Shown one piece after another: positions 18,030-26,181 of a stretch of 39,090 bases of DNA. A model generated the notes under the pieces. It did not search any database and was not told where the DNA came from. It saw only the letters and a program-made list of their open reading frames with translations. Origin of the DNA: Actinomycetota bacterium (GTDB taxonomy: Bacteria > Actinomycetota > Acidimicrobiia > Acidimicrobiales > JACDEA01); the NCBI GenBank assembly GCA_013816725.1, contig JACDEA010000002.1, forward strand, positions 6,486 to 45,575, written 5' to 3'. Numbering within the stretch: the first letter of the stretch is position 1; each line of letters starts with the position of its first letter. Both the position numbers and the translations under genes were made by a program.

Positions 18030-18054
18030 GACGTGACGACGTTCGCGTTACGTC
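18030..18054. terminator. Hairpin between convergent genes (GACGTGACG-acgttcg-CGTTACGTC, one G-U pair), no U tract
   Basis: Read from the sequence. It overlaps the stop codon of the 18053..18493 gene. Confidence 0.3.
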
Positions 18055-18493
18055 AGTCCACCTTCTCGTGCCAACCGGCGGGGACGGCTACGAATGGGCG
18101 CGCGGCGTGGCGGGCAAGGTCGGGCTCGGGGTCGTCGGACATCCATTCCGCGAGGGCGCCTCGGTGCGTCATCCCGACGACGATCATCGACGCATCGGCT
18201 TGCACCGCGGCCGCCCTGATCGCTTTGCCAACCGAGCCTTCGACCACTGTGGTGTCGTAGTCGATGCCTTGGTCGCGCAGCGGTGCTGTCCACTTTCCGG
18301 CTAGGTGTTGCTCAAGCGCCGCTCGAAGCGGATCGGTGTTGACTTGTATGGCGGCCAGGGTCCACTCGCCGATCGACGACACGACGTACACGACGAGTAC
18401 CCGGGCGTTTCGATGGCGCGCCTCGTTTGCGGCCCAGGCGAGCGCGGCGCGCGCCGCGGGGCTGTCGTTGTAACCAACCACGATTGTGTCCAT
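18053..18493 (-). CDS. Universal stress protein (UspA family)
   Basis: MDTIVVGYNDSPAARAALAWAANEA...VLVVYVV...MIVVGMTHRG...PFVAVP pattern. Confidence 0.8.
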   Translation of the reverse strand: MDTIVVGYNDSPAARAALAWAANEARHRNARVLVVYVVSSIGEWTLAAIQVNTDPLRAALEQHLAGKWTAPLRDQGIDYDTTVVEGSVGKAIRAAAVQADASMIVVGMTHRGALAEWMSDDPEPDLARHAARPFVAVPAGWHEKVD

Positions 18494-18572
18494 GCAGCAA
18501 CATCCTCTCGAGCTACTTGTGCGTCACGCGAGGGGCTGCGCGAGTCGCGTTTGCACCATACCGGCGGCTGCA

Positions 18573-19007
18573 TCACCTCAACATCGATGGTTGATCGAGG
18601 TATACCTCAAGGTCGCCAGTGACTGGCACAACGTCGAGGTGATGCTCGCCATCGGTTGAACGGCTCCCTCGCAGGTCGACCGTGGCTTCACCGACCGAGA
18701 GACCCTTGACGCTGATTTCTGGCAGCCAGTCCGGTAAAGCTGGCCTTACCGCGAGTTGGCGGGCGTCAGCGTCGGCGTCAAGGCCGAGCAGAGCAGCGAC
18801 GAGTTGTACCACTGCCCCCGACGCCCATGCCTGGGGCACGTTGGCGCCTTGGTACTGAACTGGGAACGCGCCGCGGTCTCGCTCAAGGCCCGCGAAGAGT
18901 TCGGGCAGTCGGAGTCCGCTGAAGCGTTCGGCGGCGTCGAAGAAGCCGCGCACCACTTGCGCGGCTTTGGGCGTCAAGGCCGTAGTTCCGGAAGCCGGCG
19001 GCCACCA
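18573..19007 (-). pseudogene. C-terminal ~140-aa fragment of an amylo-alpha-1,6-glucosidase (GDE_C, bacterial/archaeal debranching-enzyme family)
   Basis: LRLPELFAGLERDRGAFPVQYQGANVPQAWASGAVVQLVAALLGL...PALPDWL...LSVGEATVDL is the conserved C-terminus of proteins normally ~650-700 aa long. Nothing corresponding to the N-terminal ~500 aa is present. Confidence 0.65.
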
Positions 19008-19928
19008 TCACCGTTCGGTGAGCAGCTTCCAGCCGTCGGTGTCGTCCTCGCCGAGACCGTCCTCCAGTGACCAGATCGGATAGCGCGCGGTCAGCTCGGC
19101 CCAGCGTTCCACCAGTTCAGCCGACGACATGGTCGCCCCTGCGCTGACGAGGGCGTAGCGGCCGTCGGCGCCCCTGAACTCGCTCGCGGCGGGATCCAGC
19201 GCGATGGCCACGCCGTCGCGGCGGGCCGAGTAGCCGGCGTCGGCGATGGCGCCGACCAACATGCCGAGCGCTTCCTCCGCGGTGGACAGCTCGGGGGCGA
19301 AACCGCCCTCATCGCCGAGACCGACTGCCGTTCCCGCCGCCTGTAGGCGACCGCGCAGGGCGGCATACACCTCGGCGCCGACGCGTAGCGCTTCGGCGAA
19401 GGTCGGCGCGCCGAGCGGGCACACCATGAACTCCTGCGGCTGAAGGCGGTTGGCGGCGTGTCGGCCGCCGTTTATGACGTTGAAGCACGGCACCGGGAGC
19501 CGCGGCTCGACGCCCGCCGGAGCCAGGTGCCGATAGCGGGGTTGGCCGGCGGCGCCCGCGAACGCTCGCGCCGCGGCCATCGACACGCCCACGATCGCAT
19601 TCGCGCCGAGGCGGCCCTTAGCATCGGTCCCGTCGAGGTCGACGAGCAGCGCGTCGAGGGCGGCGAGATTTTCGATGACCTGGCCGACGAGCGCGTCGGC
19701 GATCTCGCCGTTTACGTTGGCAACCGCGCCGCTCACGCCGGCGCCGCCATAGCGCGTCTGGTCGCCGTCACGCAGCTCGACCGCCTCGCGGGTGGCCGTC
19801 GACGCGCCCGAGGGCACGCCGGCTGTGCCCGTCGACCCGTCGGCCAACGACAGTTGCACCGACTCGGTAGGAAGCCCGCGGGAGTCGAGGATCTCCAACG
19901 CAGTCAGCGAGGCGACGCGGTGCGTCAT
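19008..19928 (-). pseudogene. eno: Truncated enolase paralogue (N-terminal ~306 of ~430 aa)
   Basis: From ATG 19928: MTHRVASLTALEILDSRGLPT, GVPSGASTATREAVELRDGD, FNVINGGRHA, LGDEGGFAP, ALDPAASEF, SLEDGLGEDDTDGWKLLTER, then TGA. The downstream catalytic region (SHRSGETED motif) is missing. Confidence 0.7.
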
Positions 19929-20079
19929 TGCGAGGTTCCTTCCAGCGCGAGGGGATCTTGGCGGCGGTGGTTGACGGATCGCATTCGCATCATCCAAAGT
20001 ATCGTCGCAGTGCTAGGCGCCCAACCCTCGACTCTGGCGACGGAAACTCGCCGCGCCTGCTAGCAACGGTCGGCGCGAT

Positions 20080-20337
20080 GTGGTCTGCTGGATGACCACG
20101 ATGTCTCATGCCGGATGGATGATCCTCGGTGACGGTGCCGTCATTGCGGCCCTTGGCGCGCTCGCGGTCCTCGTGAACGAAGGCCGTGTCGGGCTTCGGA
20201 TGCCCTTCGAACTCTCGGGACTGTTCGGGCGCGACCGAAGGCGAGCAGCAACGAGCCACGCGCTCTTGCTCGCGGGTGTTGCCGCGATGGTTGTCGGTGT
20301 CCTAGCGGTCCTGTTGGCGGCCCTGATAACGCGGTGA
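20080..20337 (+). CDS. Hypothetical small two-TM membrane protein
   Basis: ORF track only. Two hydrophobic segments (GWMILGDGAVIAALGALAVLV and LLLAGVAAMVVGVLAVLLAALI). No recognisable family. Confidence 0.35.
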   Translation: MVCWMTTMSHAGWMILGDGAVIAALGALAVLVNEGRVGLRMPFELSGLFGRDRRRAATSHALLLAGVAAMVVGVLAVLLAALITR

Positions 20338-20424
20338 CAGCGCGCGCCGACCGCGACCAGGCGGCGACGATCGCACCGGGCAACCTGGGAATCAGGTCTC
20401 GAGATACGTCCCGTTGTCGCGGAC

Positions 20425-20647
20425 AGCCAGATGGTCGACCCGTCGGTGCGGACGGGCCGATGCTGGTGGCCAAGATCGAAACGCAGGAGGCCCTCCCGCG
20501 CACGAACGCATCACCGCTGCGATCTCGGCCCTGGCGTGACGGGCGGCGGGTGATGCTGACGCGACGGCCATCATCGCGCGCACGAACACCGGAGCCACGG
20601 CTCGGGCCATCTCGCGATTCCGCCCGGCGAGCCCGATCCGACGATAG
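20425..20647 (+). pseudogene. pyk: Collapsed pyruvate kinase remnants (A-domain piece and C-domain piece, different frames, large internal deletions)
   Basis: Hand translation gives MLVAKIETQEAL at 20460-20495 (compare I-I-A-K-I-E-N-x-E-G/A). It also gives ADATAIIARTNTGATARAISRFRPASPIRR, then TAG, at 20555-20647 (compare A-I-V-V-x-T-x-S-G-x-T-A-R-x-I-S-K-Y-R-P-x-x-P-I). Only ~0.25 kb remains of a ~1.4 kb gene. Confidence 0.5.
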
Positions 20648-20780
20648 ACATCCTGCGTCTGGTCCGCGTCCCGGCGACACCAGGTCGAGGCCACGACTAG
20701 CGTTCCATGTGCATTCCCGCCCAGACCCTGCGTTCCGAGTGTGTCGAACAATCCGACAAGAGAACCAGGGACGGCTGAAC

Positions 20781-21416
20781 ATGACCACCTCGAACGCCAA
20801 CGAAACCGAAGCCGTCTACCACCTGCCCGATCTTCGTTACGACTACAACGCGCTCGAGCCGCAGATCTCGGCACGCATTATGGAGTTGCACCATTCCAAG
20901 CACCACGCGGCCTATGTAGCCGGAGCGAATCGCGCCCTCGAAGCCCTACGTGGGGCGCGAGGCAGCGGTGACTTCAGCACGCTGTCGATGCTCGAGAAGA
21001 ACTTGGCGTTCAATCTGTCGGGTCACGTACTCCACTCGTTGTTCTGGGACTGTCTGTCGCCCGGCGGCGGCGGCGAGCCGACGGGCTGGATCGCCGAGCA
21101 GCTCGACGCCGACTTTGGCGGCTTTTCCCCGTTCCGGGAGCACATGATCGAAGCGGCCAGCACCATCCAAGGATCCGGTTGGGCATTGGCGTCGTGGGAG
21201 CCGACCAGTCAGCGAATTGTGATCGAACAGGCCTACGATCATCAGGGCAACCACGGCCAAGGCACCGTGCCGATCCTGCCGATCGATGCGTGGGAGCACG
21301 CCTACTACCTGCAGTATGAGAACGACAAGCGGTCATTTTTCGAGGCCATATGGGCCATAGTCGACTGGCCGCGGGTCGCAGCCCGCCTCGACCAGGCCTC
21401 CCTGGGCGCGACCTAG
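20781..21416 (+). CDS. sodA: Fe/Mn superoxide dismutase
   Basis: From ATG 20781: YHLPDLRYDYNALEPQISARIMELHHSKHH, FNLSGHVLHSLFW and IDAWEHAYYLQY. The 149 codons upstream in the listed ORF (from 20334) are pseudogene debris, not SOD. Confidence 0.9.
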   Translation: MTTSNANETEAVYHLPDLRYDYNALEPQISARIMELHHSKHHAAYVAGANRALEALRGARGSGDFSTLSMLEKNLAFNLSGHVLHSLFWDCLSPGGGGEPTGWIAEQLDADFGGFSPFREHMIEAASTIQGSGWALASWEPTSQRIVIEQAYDHQGNHGQGTVPILPIDAWEHAYYLQYENDKRSFFEAIWAIVDWPRVAARLDQASLGAT

Positions 21417-21432
21417 TTTTTGGCAAGCAGCG

Positions 21433-23244
21433 ATGTCGTCGCCTATCGAGGACTACGCGTTTTTGTCGGACATGGCGTCGGCCGCGCTGGTCAGCCGAGA
21501 CGGCTCAATCGATTGGCTCGCCTTTCCCCGCTTCGATTCGGCCGCCTGCTTCGCTGCTCTCGTCGGTGAGCCCCGAGACGGCCGGTGGCTGCTGGCGCCG
21601 GCCAATCCGCCGCGTTCGGTTCGCCGCGCGTACCGGGGAGACTCGCTCGTACTCGAGACGGTGTACGACTGCGACGATGGCGAGGTCGCGGTCATCGACT
21701 GCATGCCGTTGCGCGGCGACCAGCTCGACGTGGTGCGCCTCGTCGAGGGCCGACGCGGGCGCGTCGCTATGCACGTCGAATTGATCGTCCGGTTCGGGTA
21801 CGGCAAAACGGTGCCGTGGGTCCGCATGATCGACGGCGACTGGGTGGCGGTCGCCGGACCTGACGCGTTGCGGCTCACGACTCCGGTTGAGTTGCGCGGC
21901 GACGGTGAGGGCGGAGATCGCCGCACGAGCGGTGAGTTCAGTGTGGGCGTCGGAGAACAGGTGCCGTTCGTGCTCACCTGGCATCGGTCCCACGAACCGA
22001 CGCATGACGTAATCGACGCGGCCGCCGCGATCGACACGACGCAGCAGTGGTGGCAGGAATGGTCGTCACAGTGCACGTATCACGGTCGATGGTCCGATGA
22101 CGTGCGGTCGTCGCTCACCGTGTTGAAGGGGCTCACGTACGTCGCGACCGGCGCGGTGTGCGCGGCGCCCACCACGTCGCTGCCCGAAACGATCGGCGGG
22201 GTGCGCAACTGGGACTACCGCTATTGCTGGCTGCGCGACGCCACTTTCACGCTGATGGCGCTGATGGAAGCGGGCCACACCAGCGAGGCCAAGTCGTGGC
22301 GGGACTGGTTGTTGCGGGCTGTGGCCGGAGACCCGGCTGACCTGCAGATCATGTACGGCCTGGCCGGGGAACGCTGGCTTGATGAGCGCGAGCTGCCATG
22401 GCTGTCGGGCTATGCCGGTTCGACACCGGTCCGGGTCGGCAACGCAGCGTCAGGCCAGTTTCAGCTCGACGTGCACGGCGAAGTCATCGACGCACTCCAC
22501 CAGGCTGCCGCCGACGGCCTGGAATTCGACGACGACGCTTGGCAGCTGCAAAAGGTTCTGCTCGACTTCCTTGAGGGCGCATGGCAACAGCCCGACGAAG
22601 GCATCTGGGAGGTGCGCGGGTCACGGCGACACTTCACGCACTCCAAGGTCATGGCCTGGGTAGCCGCTGACCGGATCGTTCGCACCGCGAAACGGTTTCA
22701 CCTCGATGGGCCTGTCGAGCGGTGGCGCGCGTTGCGCAACGAGATTCATCGTGACGTGCTGAAGCACGGAGTCGACGAACGCGGAGTCTTCGTGCAGACC
22801 TACGGAGCGACGGCGCTCGACGCGAGCCTTTTGCTGGTTCCACTTGTCGGCTTCCTGCCCGCCACCGACGATCGCGTGGTGAACACCATCGAGGCGATCC
22901 AACGCGAGCTGAGCGCCGACGGTTTCGTGGTCCGTTACCGAACCGATCCCGCGGTCGACGGTCTGCCCAGCGGAGAAGGAGCCTTCCTGCTTTGCACGTT
23001 CTGGCTCGCCAACGCGCTCGCCCTGATCGGCCGCGTCGATGAGGCGACGGAAATGTTCCAGCGGCTGCTGGCGCTCCGCAACGACGTGGGACTGCTGGCC
23101 GAAGAGTACGACCCCGTGAGCGGGCGACTGCTGGGCAACTTCCCCCAAGCGTTCTCCCACACCGCCATCATCAACACGGCCACCACCCTCGATCGTCACC
23201 GCGGGCCCACGCAGCGGCGCGCCCAACCCGAAGCGAGCGCGTGA
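21433..23244 (+). CDS. Glycoside hydrolase family 15 protein (glucoamylase/trehalase-type)
   Basis: IEDYAFLSDMASAALVSRDGSIDWLAFPRFDSAACFAALVG at the N-terminus. NWDYRYCWLRDATFTL, EGAFLLCTFWL and FPQAFSH. Confidence 0.85.
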   Translation: MSSPIEDYAFLSDMASAALVSRDGSIDWLAFPRFDSAACFAALVGEPRDGRWLLAPANPPRSVRRAYRGDSLVLETVYDCDDGEVAVIDCMPLRGDQLDVVRLVEGRRGRVAMHVELIVRFGYGKTVPWVRMIDGDWVAVAGPDALRLTTPVELRGDGEGGDRRTSGEFSVGVGEQVPFVLTWHRSHEPTHDVIDAAAAIDTTQQWWQEWSSQCTYHGRWSDDVRSSLTVLKGLTYVATGAVCAAPTTSLPETIGGVRNWDYRYCWLRDATFTLMALMEAGHTSEAKSWRDWLLRAVAGDPADLQIMYGLAGERWLDERELPWLSGYAGSTPVRVGNAASGQFQLDVHGEVIDALHQAAADGLEFDDDAWQLQKVLLDFLEGAWQQPDEGIWEVRGSRRHFTHSKVMAWVAADRIVRTAKRFHLDGPVERWRALRNEIHRDVLKHGVDERGVFVQTYGATALDASLLLVPLVGFLPATDDRVVNTIEAIQRELSADGFVVRYRTDPAVDGLPSGEGAFLLCTFWLANALALIGRVDEATEMFQRLLALRNDVGLLAEEYDPVSGRLLGNFPQAFSHTAIINTATTLDRHRGPTQRRAQPEASA

Positions 23245-23245
23245 C

Positions 23246-24295
23246 GTGCGCGCTCTGACGGTGCTGCCCGGCCATGCCGGTTCTGTGTCGGTGACCGATG
23301 TCGACGAACCACCGACGTCTGATGGCGCGATGCTCGTCGAGACGCTTGCGATCGGTGTGTGCGGCACCGACCGCGAGATCTGTGCCGGCAAGTACGGCTC
23401 GGCGCCGGCGGGCAGTGATCGCCTTGTCATCGGTCACGAGTCACTCGGCCGTGTACTCGAAGTGCCCCAAGGTGCTGGCTTCGACGTGGGCGATCTCGTT
23501 GTGGGCATCGTTCGACGCCCAGACCCGGTGCCGTGTCCGAACTGCGCAGTCGGTGAGTGGGACATGTGTCGTAACGGACAGTTCACCGAGCGCGGCATCA
23601 CCGGCCGTCACGGATATGCGTCGGACCGCTACCGAATCGAACCCGAATTCGCCGTCCCCGTCGACGCCGCACTAGGCGCGCTCGGCGTGCTGGTGGAGCC
23701 GACCAGCGTTGTGGCCAAGGCGTGGGATCACATTGAGCGAATCGGCGCACGCTCCGCGGCCTGGTCGCCCCGGTCGGTGCTCATCACGGGCGCGGGGCCG
23801 ATCGGTTTGCTCGCGGCGATGCTGGGCGCCGCGAAAGGACATGACGTCGACGTCGTGGACGTCGCCACCGACGGCCCGAAACCCGGTCTTGTAGCTGCGC
23901 TGGGCGCGACGTATCACGCGGAACCGGTCGCCGGGCTCGCGGCGCGCGCCGACGTCGTGATCGAATGCACCGGGGTTCCCAAGGTCGTCCTCGACGTGCT
24001 TTCCAATACCGGGCCGGACTCGATCGTCTGCCTGACCGGGGTCTCCAGCGGTGGGCGGGCGCTGCCCTTCGACGCCGGTGGCGTCAACCGTGACATGGTG
24101 CTCGGCAATGCCGTTGTGTTCGGCTCGGTCAACGCCAACCGGCGGCACTACCTGACCGCCGCCGACGCGCTCCACGCCGCCGATCCGCAGTGGCTCGCCG
24201 CGCTGATCACGCGTCGCGTTCCGCTCGATTCGTTCGCAGCCGCGCTTGCACCGAGTGCCCACGACGTGAAGACGGTCATCTCGTTCGCTACGTGA
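23246..24295 (+). CDS. Zinc-dependent MDR-family glucose 1-dehydrogenase (archaeal-type GDH-like)
   Basis: GVCGTDREI, GHESLG, CPNCAVGEWDMC (structural Zn) and LITGAGPIGLL (Rossmann). Overall pattern resembles Thermoplasma/Sulfolobus-type glucose dehydrogenases. Substrate is inferred only. Confidence 0.6.
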   Translation: MRALTVLPGHAGSVSVTDVDEPPTSDGAMLVETLAIGVCGTDREICAGKYGSAPAGSDRLVIGHESLGRVLEVPQGAGFDVGDLVVGIVRRPDPVPCPNCAVGEWDMCRNGQFTERGITGRHGYASDRYRIEPEFAVPVDAALGALGVLVEPTSVVAKAWDHIERIGARSAAWSPRSVLITGAGPIGLLAAMLGAAKGHDVDVVDVATDGPKPGLVAALGATYHAEPVAGLAARADVVIECTGVPKVVLDVLSNTGPDSIVCLTGVSSGGRALPFDAGGVNRDMVLGNAVVFGSVNANRRHYLTAADALHAADPQWLAALITRRVPLDSFAAALAPSAHDVKTVISFAT

Positions 24296-24303
24296 CGGCC
24301 TGA

Positions 24304-25095
24304 TCAATCGAGGCCTTGAAGCTCCCATAACCGGATGCCACCCAGCAGTCCGCCGGCGTTGCCGACCAGTGTCACCTTGCCGGCGAGGTCCGGTCGCCTC
24401 TTTTGCAGCTTCGCCACGTCGACTCGCCGCGCGTTCCCTCCGCCGACCAAGATCGCGTCGGGGAAAATCAACGCGTCAACCGCGATCAGCGTCTTCACGA
24501 CGCGCCGGTTCCAGTGCTTCACGCCAAGCTTCTTGCGAGCGCGGTCGCCGACGTAGTCGTTGTATGTTCCGCGCTTGATGGCGGGATGATGCGCCAGTTC
24601 AAGGTGCAAGGCCAGGGCGCCGTCGCGGAACACGCAGGACCCCAGTCCCGTTCCAAGCGTAAGCACCAGTTCCAGACCTCTGCCCGTGACGACCCCGGCA
24701 CCTTGGACATCGGCATCATTAGCGACACGGGCGGGAACGCCGAGCGCGGCGCTAAGCGCGCCGCGCAAGTCGAAACGCTCCCAACTCTTCACCAGGGAGT
24801 CGTCCACGGTGCTCCCGGGGCCGTGGAGAGTCACGAAATGGGGTGCGGTCAACACCAGTCCTTCCCGCACGACGCCGGGGAATCCGGCCGAGACCCGCTG
24901 ATACGGGGGCAGCGCGTCGACAAGTCGAACGAGATCGGCCACCAGTTTCTCGGGCGGGCAGGGGTAGGTCGTATCGACCCTAACGCGCTCGTGAACGGGC
25001 TCACCTTGTGCATCGAGCACAGTCGCCTTCAGACCGGAGCCGCCGATATCGATCACGAGTGTTTTGACGGGTCCAACGGTTGTGGCGTCAGGCAT
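24304..25095 (-). CDS. ppgK: ROK family polyphosphate/ATP glucokinase
   Basis: LVIDIGGSGLKA, GFPGVV, NDADVQG, LTLGTGLG and HLELAHH. Length 263 aa, as in actinobacterial PpgK. Confidence 0.8.
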   Translation of the reverse strand: MPDATTVGPVKTLVIDIGGSGLKATVLDAQGEPVHERVRVDTTYPCPPEKLVADLVRLVDALPPYQRVSAGFPGVVREGLVLTAPHFVTLHGPGSTVDDSLVKSWERFDLRGALSAALGVPARVANDADVQGAGVVTGRGLELVLTLGTGLGSCVFRDGALALHLELAHHPAIKRGTYNDYVGDRARKKLGVKHWNRRVVKTLIAVDALIFPDAILVGGGNARRVDVAKLQKRRPDLAGKVTLVGNAGGLLGGIRLWELQGLD

Positions 25096-25271
25096 GCATG
25101 CTCAACGTAGGCCTTCGCAACTACCCAACCGATACACGCCTGCTCCCGCGCGACCGAGCGAAGAATCGGCGTGAAGTTGAAGCCGCCGTGAGCCCCCCAA
25201 AGGGATACGGGAACAGATCAGGCGCGGGCACGTCGCGGTACTGGCGTCGTCGTTACCGATACGTTGGGCGC

Positions 25272-25712
25272 ATGAGGATACTTGTCGCTCTCGACGAATC
25301 GGCGGTGTCGGCTCGGGCGGCGCGTGAAGCGGTGCGGTTGTTCGGGACCTCCGGCGCTGAGTTCTTGGTGATCAACGTCGCCCGGACCCCGAACACGTCG
25401 CTATACCCCACCGACTTCGGCGCGGTCGCACCGATGCCACACGATGCCGCGTACCTCAGCGATCAAGCAGAACTCCACGCCGCGGCCTTGGCCGACCAGG
25501 TCGGGCTCGCGGACGCAGAGGTCATCACCGACCTGGGTGACCCGGCGAGCAGCATTTGTGATGCCGCGGACGCTCACAACGTGGACGTCGTCGTGGTTGG
25601 ATCGCACGATCGAGGTGTAATCGGCAGACTGCTCGAACCGTCTGTCGCGGCAGGCGTCGTGCGCGGCACACATCGACCCGTCCTAGTGGTCAGCGGGAGC
25701 CCACCCGCTTAG
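25272..25712 (+). CDS. Universal stress protein (UspA family)
   Basis: From ATG 25272: MRILVALDESAVSARAAREAV...FLVINV...DVVVVGSHDRG...RPVLVV. Confidence 0.8.
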   Translation: MRILVALDESAVSARAAREAVRLFGTSGAEFLVINVARTPNTSLYPTDFGAVAPMPHDAAYLSDQAELHAAALADQVGLADAEVITDLGDPASSICDAADAHNVDVVVVGSHDRGVIGRLLEPSVAAGVVRGTHRPVLVVSGSPPA

Positions 25713-26181
25713 GGCGCGGCTGCGCTGGGGTCTAAGTCTTCTGACTTGGGAACCGGACGGTCACGTGCCGGTGTGGTCCGGCGATGAGGGAGATCAGATC
25801 GACGAGGGCGCGGGTTTGTCCGGGCTCGGGGAGCAGCACCGGCGAGATCGACGGTGACGGTGTCGATGTCGACCGCGATAGATGTCGGGGCAGCGCCAGG
25901 GCGAGCGACGTGGCGAGCCCGACGACGGGATTCATCAACGGTGTTGGCGCCGGTCAGCATCGCCCCGATGATCCGCGACGGCGGACGAGTCGGCCTACGG
26001 CCCATCACGGCGATGAGGATCCAAAACCCACGAGGATCCCGAACCGAAACCACCAGGGCCCACCCCGGGCCGGCGTTACCGTTAGCTGGACGCGGCGGCG
26101 TTCCTCCGGCGTGCCCGCGCGGAGAGGCAAGGGCGACGCCGACCGCGCCTGTGTCGGTAGCGAAGAGCGCATCTCCTGTCA

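Noticed and set aside
18008-18033. cgcttcgaatacag near the right end of the integrase element as a tRNA-derived attR core
   Set aside because: Only the TTCGAAT heptamer and a few flanking bases match the tRNA. Flanking identity is at chance level. The segment is better explained as part of overlapping hairpins between convergent genes.
20334-20780. 149-codon N-terminal extension of the SOD ORF; also minus-strand ORFs 20141..20800 and 20392..20874
   Set aside because: SOD homology starts at ATG 20781. The upstream stretch contains pyruvate kinase fragments in mixed frames, and the long ORFs are Arg-rich artefacts.
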